Source: Gammaproteobacteria bacterium | GTDB lineage: Bacteria; Pseudomonadota; Gammaproteobacteria; Steroidobacterales; Rariloculaceae | Reading direction: 5' to 3' | Assembly: GCA_035644475.1 (NCBI GenBank) | Contig: DASQOL010000146.1 | Span: 10,957-74,956 of the forward strand | DNA: 64,000 nucleotides | Shown: positions 57,299 through 64,000 of the stretch, piece after piece | Numbering within the stretch: position 1 is the first letter of the stretch | Layout: each line of letters opens with the position of its first letter | Notes under the pieces: model-generated | What the model saw: the letters and a program-made list of their open reading frames with translations, nothing else | Databases searched by the model: none | Told to the model about the DNA's origin: nothing | Made by a program: the position numbers and the translations under genes

Positions 57299-57419
57299 GA
57301 TCGTTACCTTCTCGCTCGAATACGCCTGGGACGCCGCCGTAGCACGAAGGTTGCATCGTGCCATCGTCCGCACCAACGTCGTGCAACGCGCAGTCCGAGT
57401 TCGTAGAATACGCTGGTAG

Positions 57420-57824
<405 letters not shown>

Positions 57825-57885
57825 GCTCCTATTCCAACGACAACGTCTCCGGCCACAACGTCGCTACCACCGGGGGGAAGAAGCG

Positions 57886-57990
57886 ATGCAAATGACGAGG
57901 ATGAATTGGCTCGCCGCCGGTCTCGGCGCGATGCTCGCGCCGGCGCTCGGCCACGCACAGACTGCGGCTACCGGCGACACGGCCCGGTGC
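57886..57990 (+). pseudogene. possible remnant of ammonium transporter amtB (signal peptide only)
   Basis: A GGGGGAAG Shine-Dalgarno precedes MQMTRMNWLAAGLGAMLAPALGHAQTAATGDTA. This matches the AmtB N-terminus up to the conserved GDTAW. After that the frame degenerates and runs into the convergent kinase gene. Confidence 0.4.
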
Positions 57991-58015
57991 TACACGAGGA
58001 GCGGGGCTACAGCCT

Positions 58016-59380
58016 CTAGGCGGCTTCGGGGAGGCGGTCGAGCGGGAACTTCAGCACCACCTCGAGTCCGCCGTCCGGCCTGTTGAGCGCGCGGACGCTG
58101 CCGTGGTGCAGCTCGGTCACGCGTGCGGTGATCGCGAGCCCGATGCCTTGGCCGTCCTGCCTGTGGTCGCGACTCTGGTCGGTGCGGTAGAACGGCTCGA
58201 AGATCTTCGCGAGGTCCTCGGGCGCGACGCCCGGGCCGCGGTCGAGCACCCGCACGGCCGCCTCGCCCGCCTTCGCCTCGAGGCGCACCTCGATCAGCTG
58301 CGCCGGATCGGAGTAGATCAGCGCGTTGCGCACCACGTTCTCGACGGCGCTCTTCAGGCCGTCGGGGTCGCCGAGCAAGCTCACCTCGCCGCTCGTGGAG
58401 TACTCCACCTTCGTTTTCGGATGCTCGTAGCGTGCGTCGTCGACGACTTCGGCGACCAGCGTGTCGAGCCGCACGACGTCGCGGCGCGGCTCGGTGGCCG
58501 TCCGCAGCCGCGTAAGCGTCATGACTTGGCCCACGAGCGCGTCCAGCCGCTCCGCTTCGCGCTCGATGCGCTCGAGATCGGGCTGCGCGGCTTGGTTGGC
58601 GCGGCGCTGGGCGAGCGCCAGCGCCATGCGGATGCGCGCGAGCGGCGAGCGCAGCTCGTGCGAGACATCTCGTAGCAAGGTTTCCTTGTCGGTCACGAGC
58701 GCCTGGATCCGCTCGGCCATCTTGTCGAAGTCGCGGGCGAGCCTGCCGACCTCGTCCTTGCGCCGCGTGAACGGCTGCCCCACGCGCGCGTCGAGCGCGC
58801 CGGCGGCGAGCGCGAGGCTCGCCTTCTGGAGCCGCGCGATCGGCGAGGAGAGATAGCGGGCGAGCAGCAGCGCCATCAAGGCCGTCGCCAAGACTGCGAT
58901 GCTGATGACGGCGAAGGGCGTGCCCGGCCACGTCAGCAGGCCCAAGAACGTGGACGGTGCCCGCGCGAACAGCAGCCGGTATTCCTCGTCGTTGGGTCCG
59001 ATCAGCGTAGAGGTCAGCTGCATCGGCCGCAGGTTCGACGGCGGCGGCGACGATTGCGGGCGGAACGGCCGCGTCCTGAGCAGCTGGAAGAGCTCGCGCG
59101 GCATCGCGCGGCCGAGCAGCTCGTCGCCGCGCTCGTTCATGACATACAGAACGATGCCCGGGGCGATGCGCAGGTGATTGTTGAGCCAGATCTTGAGCCC
59201 GCGCTCGCCGCCGTGAGACAAGGCCGCGGCCGCCTCATCGGTGATCTTCGCGCGGCCTTCGACGTTGAGGGCCTGATCGAACAGCTGGTTGGCCAGGCGG
59301 AAGCTCACGTACACGGTGCCTACGAGCGTCACGGTCATCGCGACCATGAACGACATGAAGATCTTCCAGAAGAGACCCAC
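58016..59380 (-). CDS. cpxA: CpxA-like sensor histidine kinase
   Basis: 454 aa with two TM segments and a HAMP domain. H-box SHELRSPL, LERIEREAERLD, and a C-terminal FYRTD..RD as in E. coli CpxA. Confidence 0.7.
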   Translation of the reverse strand: MGLFWKIFMSFMVAMTVTLVGTVYVSFRLANQLFDQALNVEGRAKITDEAAAALSHGGERGLKIWLNNHLRIAPGIVLYVMNERGDELLGRAMPRELFQLLRTRPFRPQSSPPPSNLRPMQLTSTLIGPNDEEYRLLFARAPSTFLGLLTWPGTPFAVISIAVLATALMALLLARYLSSPIARLQKASLALAAGALDARVGQPFTRRKDEVGRLARDFDKMAERIQALVTDKETLLRDVSHELRSPLARIRMALALAQRRANQAAQPDLERIEREAERLDALVGQVMTLTRLRTATEPRRDVVRLDTLVAEVVDDARYEHPKTKVEYSTSGEVSLLGDPDGLKSAVENVVRNALIYSDPAQLIEVRLEAKAGEAAVRVLDRGPGVAPEDLAKIFEPFYRTDQSRDHRQDGQGIGLAITARVTELHHGSVRALNRPDGGLEVVLKFPLDRLPEAA

Positions 59381-59382
59381 GG

Positions 59383-60081
59383 CTATCCCCCCGGAGGCAC
59401 GAGCACGTAGCCGCTGCCGCGGATGCTGCGGATCACGACGTCGTCCTGCTCTTCACCGCCCACCTTCCGGCGCAGGTTGCTGATGTGCGTGTCGAGGCTC
59501 CGGTCGTCGGGCAGCAGCTGCCGCCCGAGCGCCGTGCGCGTCAGCGACTCGCGCGACACGACCTCGCCGGGTGCGCGCATCAGGGTCACGAGGATCACGA
59601 ACTCCGCGTTCGTGAGCTTGAGCGGCTCGTCGGCGAGCCACGCTTCGCGGCGCGGCAGGTTTGCGCGCAACTTGCCGACGGTGATCTCGGCCACTTCGTC
59701 CGTCGCCGGCTCGGTGGTTCGGCGCAGGATCGCCTTCACGCGCGCCAGCAACTCGCGCGGGTTGAACGGCTTCGACAGGTAGTCGTCGGCGCCGAGGTCG
59801 AGGCCCACGATTCGATCGACGTCGTCGCCGCGCGCCGTGAGCATGAGCACGGGCGTGCGCGAGCCCGACTCCCGCAGCTGTTTGAGCACGTCGAATCCTG
59901 AGAGTCCGGGCAGCATGACGTCCAATACGATGAGGTCGTAGTTCTCGCGCTGGGCGCTCCGCAAGCCCTGAACGCCGGTGGCGACCGTGGTCAGCTCGAT
60001 GCCTTCCGGCGCGAGGTACTCGACGAGCATCTCCGCGAGACGCTGGTCGTCGTCGATGATCAACAGCCGATGCTCTGCCAC
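59383..60081 (-). CDS. cpxR: CpxR-like OmpR-family response regulator
   Basis: 232 aa. Motifs LLIIDDD, MLTARGDDVDRIVGLDLGADDYLSKPFNPREL and DTHISNLRRK are closely parallel to E. coli CpxR. Confidence 0.7.
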   Translation of the reverse strand: MAEHRLLIIDDDQRLAEMLVEYLAPEGIELTTVATGVQGLRSAQRENYDLIVLDVMLPGLSGFDVLKQLRESGSRTPVLMLTARGDDVDRIVGLDLGADDYLSKPFNPRELLARVKAILRRTTEPATDEVAEITVGKLRANLPRREAWLADEPLKLTNAEFVILVTLMRAPGEVVSRESLTRTALGRQLLPDDRSLDTHISNLRRKVGGEEQDDVVIRSIRGSGYVLVPPGG

Positions 60082-60214
60082 GTCCTGCCCCTCGCGCCTC
60101 GGAAAAGTGCCACAAAAGCTCGGCGAGCCAAAGTGTTGCGCCGATACCCTGACAAATATTGAGACTAACCGCCGAGATCAGCCGGTCGAGAGTAACCGCA
60201 TAAGCCCGCCGCGG

Positions 60215-61318
60215 CTATGACCACAGACCGAGCTGGCCGCCCGGCGCCGCCGGCCTTCGAAACAGGCTCGTGTTCAAGCTCGTCTCCCGGTCGAGACCGT
60301 GCGTGCGCCGCGCCCGCTCGAAGCGCGCCCGCAGCAGCTGCGCGAATGGTCCCGCGCCCCGCTGGCGGTTGTGAAAGGTCGAGTCGTAGAGCGCGCCGCC
60401 GTGCATCTGCCGGATCAGGCTCAAGACGTGCTCCGCGCGGTCCGGATAGTGCTCGCGGAGCCACTCCTCGAACAACGCCTTGACCTCGTGCGGCAGCCGG
60501 AGGAGCACGTAGCCCGCGGAGCGCGCTCCGCACTCGGCGGCCCGCTCGAGGATCGCCTCGAGCTCGTGATCGTTGAGAGCGGGGATCATGGGGGCGGCCA
60601 TGACGCCCGTCGGTACGCCGTGCGCCGACAGCTCGCGGAGCACGTGCAGTCTCTCCTTCGGGCCGGCGGTCCGCGGCTCGAGGCGCCGCTTGAGCTCGTC
60701 GTCGAGCGTGGTCACGCTGACATAGACCGCGGCAAGCCCGTGGGCGGCGAGCTTCTCGAGCAAGTCGAGGTCGCGGAGCACGGCGCCGCTTTTCGTCACG
60801 ATCGTGAGCGGATGCCTGAGCTCGAGCAGCAGCTCGAGGATGCCGCGCGTTAGCCCAAGCCTGCGCTCCACCGGCTGATACGGATCCGTGTTCGTGCCGA
60901 GCGCGATCGGGCTCACCAAGTAGTCGGGCCGCGCGAGCTCGGCTGCGAGAAGCTCGACAGCGTTCGGCTTGTAGTAGATCTGCGTCTCGAAGTCGCGCCC
61001 CGGCGAAAGATCGAGATAGGCGTGCGTCGTTCGCGCGTAGCAGTAGACGCAGCCGTGCTCGCAGCCGCGGTACGGATTGATCGATTGGCTGAACGGGAGG
61101 TCGGGCGACGCGTTGCGCGCGATGATCGTGCGCGCGTTGTCGACGTGCAGCTCGGTGCGCGGCGCGGCGGGCGCCTCGCCGTCGAGCGCGTCGGTGCACG
61201 CCGTCTCGGCGTCGAGCTCGGTTGTGTGGCGCGCGAACCGTCCCTCGCGATTCGACAGCGCGCCGCGACCTTTGGTCTTGATCGGTTGCCTCGTGGGTGT
61301 GACGCGCCGCACGCTCAT
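60215..61318 (-). CDS. PA0069-family radical SAM protein (SplB-like)
   Basis: 367 aa. Motifs KGRGALSNREGRF and the CEHGCVYCYA radical SAM cluster. Confidence 0.85.
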   Translation of the reverse strand: MSVRRVTPTRQPIKTKGRGALSNREGRFARHTTELDAETACTDALDGEAPAAPRTELHVDNARTIIARNASPDLPFSQSINPYRGCEHGCVYCYARTTHAYLDLSPGRDFETQIYYKPNAVELLAAELARPDYLVSPIALGTNTDPYQPVERRLGLTRGILELLLELRHPLTIVTKSGAVLRDLDLLEKLAAHGLAAVYVSVTTLDDELKRRLEPRTAGPKERLHVLRELSAHGVPTGVMAAPMIPALNDHELEAILERAAECGARSAGYVLLRLPHEVKALFEEWLREHYPDRAEHVLSLIRQMHGGALYDSTFHNRQRGAGPFAQLLRARFERARRTHGLDRETSLNTSLFRRPAAPGGQLGLWS

Positions 61319-61425
61319 AGCTTGACATAAACGGCGCGCGCGATGGGCGCCCCGTCAACGCGCTGGCGCTCGCGCCGTTGTGTATCTCGAACTCAACGAA
61401 TCATGGTCCGGGAGGCCAAACGAAC

Positions 61426-61788
61426 ATGAAACGGGATGCGCTTCTGATCAGCCTCGCCTTATTGGTTTCCACGACGCAGGTTTGGGCCGACGCCTCGGAC
61501 CGCACCGACGGCCGCGGCGACCGCATCGAGCGTCGCCTCGACAATCGCGGCGACCGTATCGACAACCACCTCGACCGCCGCGGCGACCGCGCCGACCGGC
61601 GCTTCGACCGCGCGTCGGATCGCGCCGCGGCAACGGGCCACGACGTCGCGGCCGCCCGCCTCGACGCGCGCGGCGATCGCATCGACTCGCGGCTCGACCG
61701 CCGCGGTGATCGCATCGACAACCACCTCGACCGTCGCGGCCGGGAGATCGACCGGCGGATGGATCGACGGGCCACGCGTCGCGGCTGA
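61426..61788 (+). CDS. secreted 11-residue-repeat, Arg/Asp-rich protein
   Basis: GGGAGG Shine-Dalgarno and signal peptide MKRDALLISLALLVSTTQVWA. About seven hendecad units follow, of the type xRGDRIDxxLD. Confidence 0.7.
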   Translation: MKRDALLISLALLVSTTQVWADASDRTDGRGDRIERRLDNRGDRIDNHLDRRGDRADRRFDRASDRAAATGHDVAAARLDARGDRIDSRLDRRGDRIDNHLDRRGREIDRRMDRRATRRG

Positions 61789-61847
61789 CCGCTGCGCGCT
61801 AGCAGCACCGGCCGCGTGGGCCAAGCGCCCCGCTGCCGGTTCCTTTT

Positions 61848-63824
61848 TCAGCCGGCGCGACGGCGGCGTCGCGCACCCGCAGCCGCGGCGAGCGCGAGCA
61901 ACGCCAACCATGACAGCGTGCCACCGCCGCCGGAAGAGGGCGGCGCGCTCACGCTGACGGCGATCGCCAAGTTGTTGTCGGCCGGATTGCTGTCGGAGTC
62001 CCCGGACGACGCGGTTACCGACACCTGCTGCGCGCCCGCGGCGACGCCGGTGAGTGTGAGCGTGAGCACGATGCGGCCGCGCGGCGAGAGTGCTTGCGGC
62101 GCACACGTCACCAATTGCCCTGCGATCGTACACGCCCCGCCCGCGAGCGTGGCCTGGTCGGCCCGGAGGCCTGAGCTCAGCGTCGCGACGAGCGCGACGC
62201 CGGTGGCGGCGAAGTCGCCGTGGTTCTCGACGTTCGCGACGACCGTGAGCTGCGCGTTGGCTTGCCCGCTGGCCGGGTCCGCGGAGAGCGCGACGTCGAC
62301 GATCGGCAGCACGCTGACGACGTCGGCGAGCGAGTCGTTGGCGTTCGCGCGGTCGTCGGGCGAAGTCGCCGCCGCGCTCACCGTGTAGTCGCCGGGTGTG
62401 TCCGCCCGCAGCGGCACGGTGATTTGCCGCCCGGCGCCGCCCGCGACCTCGCCCAAGTCGCAATCGATGCGTTGGCCACGCGCCGTGCAGCCCTGCGGCG
62501 CGGCGCCTACACCCAGGCCATCGGCGAGCTCAACGGTGAGCCGGCTGGCCGTAGCCGGCTCCGAGCCAAGATTGGCCACGGCGAGGACGTAATCGAAAGG
62601 CGCGCCCGCGGGAACGTGTTGCCGCGGCTGCGGCGTAGTCAGCTCGAGGTCGGGTCTGACGATCGGCGTAAGGCACGCCGCCGTCGCGATCTTCGTCCGC
62701 ATCTGCGCCAGGCTGCAGTCCGAGAACCTGTCCGAGCCGTTGATGGTCGGCGCCATCAGGAAGGTGGAGGGCGTGGTCTCGCACACGGATCCCGCCTGCG
62801 CGTCGTGCGGCGCACCGAACGTGTGACCGATCTCGTGCGCGGCGATGAGGCTGTCCATGGTCGGCCCACGCCGCGCTTCGCTCAGGCCGGAGGCAAAGCT
62901 CCGATGCAGAGCGTCGGACGGGCTGCGTTTTCCGCAGACGCCGCCCATGAACGCGATTCCGGCGGTCGTACCGTCGAGGTTTCTGCCGGTGAACAGGTGC
63001 GTGAGGCCGAGCGCGTCCTGCTCGGGCGTCGCGCCGCGGTGCGCGGCGACCTCGTCCAGCAAGCCGTTGGCGCTCGTCTTCGTGAATGGGTCCGAGTCGT
63101 CGGTGAACACGTCGACCCTGGCCGCCGTGATCTGCACGCCCACCTGCTCGCTGAATATGCCGTCGACGTTGTTGATTCGGGTGAGCAGCGCGCTCGACGC
63201 GGCCGGCCCGAAGTTGGTGCTGAACTCGAAGTCCGCGATCACGCCGATGTCGAGATTGCGGGCCGCGCTTTGCTGCGCGAGCGGCTCGAGCTCGGCCGCC
63301 AGCATCGCGAGCGCCGTGCCCGCGTCCATGCGAGGCTCTCCCGTGGCGCAGGTCACGGCGCCCGGGTCGAGATAGACGTCCGCGAGTCGGTAGATCGTGG
63401 GCTGCGACCGCCCGCCGGAGTCCACCGCGCTGTCGTCCGCGCGCTCGAGCGCGTAGATCTCGGAGCCGTCGGCGATCAGTCCGGCCGGACCGGCCGGCGT
63501 CAGCACGATCCGCGCCCACGAGTTCTCGTGCCCGGCGACCTTGCCGCGAAAAGCGGCAACGCCCGCTGCGCGCCCGAGACGGGTGACGAACGGCTCGAGG
63601 CGGGCGTTCGGCTCGAGCACCACGACGAACTCGCGGCCGAGCGCAACGAAGCTCAGATCGACGATTCCGGGGGTCGTGGCCTTGGCCGCCGCTGCGCCGA
63701 CGCGCGCTTCCACGGCATAGTCTCGTATCGGTTCGGAGTATTGGACGGCGACACCGTCGGCCGCCGCGACGATCCCCGGGGCGGCACACCACAATACGGC
63801 AAGCGACGGTGCAAGTCTCGCCAT
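61848..63824 (-). CDS. reprolysin/M12B-like zinc metalloprotease with repeat domains and GlyGly-CTERM sorting signal
   Basis: 658 aa. It has a signal peptide and the metzincin motif HEIGHTFGAPHD. C-terminal Ig-like repeats follow. The tail GGGGTLSWLALLALAAAAGARRRRRAG ends the protein. Confidence 0.85.
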   Translation of the reverse strand: MARLAPSLAVLWCAAPGIVAAADGVAVQYSEPIRDYAVEARVGAAAAKATTPGIVDLSFVALGREFVVVLEPNARLEPFVTRLGRAAGVAAFRGKVAGHENSWARIVLTPAGPAGLIADGSEIYALERADDSAVDSGGRSQPTIYRLADVYLDPGAVTCATGEPRMDAGTALAMLAAELEPLAQQSAARNLDIGVIADFEFSTNFGPAASSALLTRINNVDGIFSEQVGVQITAARVDVFTDDSDPFTKTSANGLLDEVAAHRGATPEQDALGLTHLFTGRNLDGTTAGIAFMGGVCGKRSPSDALHRSFASGLSEARRGPTMDSLIAAHEIGHTFGAPHDAQAGSVCETTPSTFLMAPTINGSDRFSDCSLAQMRTKIATAACLTPIVRPDLELTTPQPRQHVPAGAPFDYVLAVANLGSEPATASRLTVELADGLGVGAAPQGCTARGQRIDCDLGEVAGGAGRQITVPLRADTPGDYTVSAAATSPDDRANANDSLADVVSVLPIVDVALSADPASGQANAQLTVVANVENHGDFAATGVALVATLSSGLRADQATLAGGACTIAGQLVTCAPQALSPRGRIVLTLTLTGVAAGAQQVSVTASSGDSDSNPADNNLAIAVSVSAPPSSGGGGTLSWLALLALAAAAGARRRRRAG

Positions 63825-63918
63825 CAGGCCAGCTCAGGGTCCCCCGTGAGTTAGCTAGAACGTGAACGCAAGCGTACCCGTCGGCCGCGAGCCAGTCGAG
63901 CCTCGCGACGACAGCGGC

Positions 63919-64000
63919 TCACTCGCTGTCGTCGGCGCTCCGCTCGGCGGCATCCTTGGAGACGTAGTAGCGGAACAGGTGAGTGAACCGGACGTTGTCG
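63919..64000 (-). CDS. 3' end of an unidentified CDS (runs off right edge)
   Basis: The minus strand reads ...DNVRFTHLFRYYVSKDAAERSADDSE* with high GC3. Too short to assign. Confidence 0.4.
   Translation of the reverse strand, partial: DNVRFTHLFRYYVSKDAAERSADDSE

Noticed and set aside
57340-57385. Sigma-54-like element TAGCAC-N5-TTGCA (57340-57355) and an NtrC-like site CGCACC-N5-CGTGCA (57369-57385) upstream of glnK.
   Set aside because: The -24 GG is replaced by AG, and the putative NtrC site lies downstream of the putative promoter, which is the wrong geometry. I could not find a better promoter, so glnK regulation stays unresolved.
61426-61788. RGD tripeptides in the repeat protein as integrin-binding adhesion motifs.
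   Set aside because: RGD arises automatically from the Arg/Gly/Asp-rich repeat unit. There is no host-association evidence in the window.

Overview
High-GC, gene-dense chromosomal segment with about 70 protein-coding genes on both strands. The gene content looks gammaproteobacterial: E. coli-type yadGH, pspF-pspABC, msrPQ, exeAB, fadE and ygiM, plus an acyl-ornithine carbamoyltransferase of the Xanthomonadales/Bacteroidetes type. I found no rRNA, tRNA, CRISPR array, transposase or integrase, so it reads as core chromosome rather than an obvious island.

Main blocks, left to right:
- cytochrome c4 (partial), then engB
- a very tightly packed minus-strand chain: argR-argG-X-argC-argD-argF'-argB-argH-lipoprotein-polA
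- a divergent FlhC-like / FlhD-like pair
- yadGH-yedK, exeAB, fadE, mdh
- pspF / pspABC plus an extra small gene
- two GGDEF-EAL proteins, a bactofilin, gshA
- several uncharacterised gene pairs, ilvA
- an ABC-GldG-DUF4340 operon, pip, a dihydroorotase-like gene
- a sigma-54 module: small secreted protein plus a PAS enhancer-binding protein
- msrPQ, glnK with an apparent amtB remnant, a cpxRA-like two-component system, a radical SAM gene
- an 11-residue-repeat secreted protein and a GlyGly-CTERM metalloprotease

Most interesting candidates:
1. An uncharacterised P-loop protein translationally coupled inside an arginine operon that lacks the acyl-transfer and deacylation steps. Its carbamoyltransferase carries Ala at the acetyl/succinyl specificity position.
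2. A non-flagellar FlhC-like gene facing a single polypeptide that contains two tandem FlhD-like domains.
3. A sigma-54 promoter with three ACGG-N4-CCGT sites driving a 92-aa secreted protein.
4. A roughly 100-nt near-perfect palindrome that includes both stop codons of two convergent genes.
5. A five-hairpin polA/engB intergenic region at the locus where spf/ErsA sRNAs lie in other gammaproteobacteria.

All family assignments come from motif recognition and hand alignment from memory. No database search was run.
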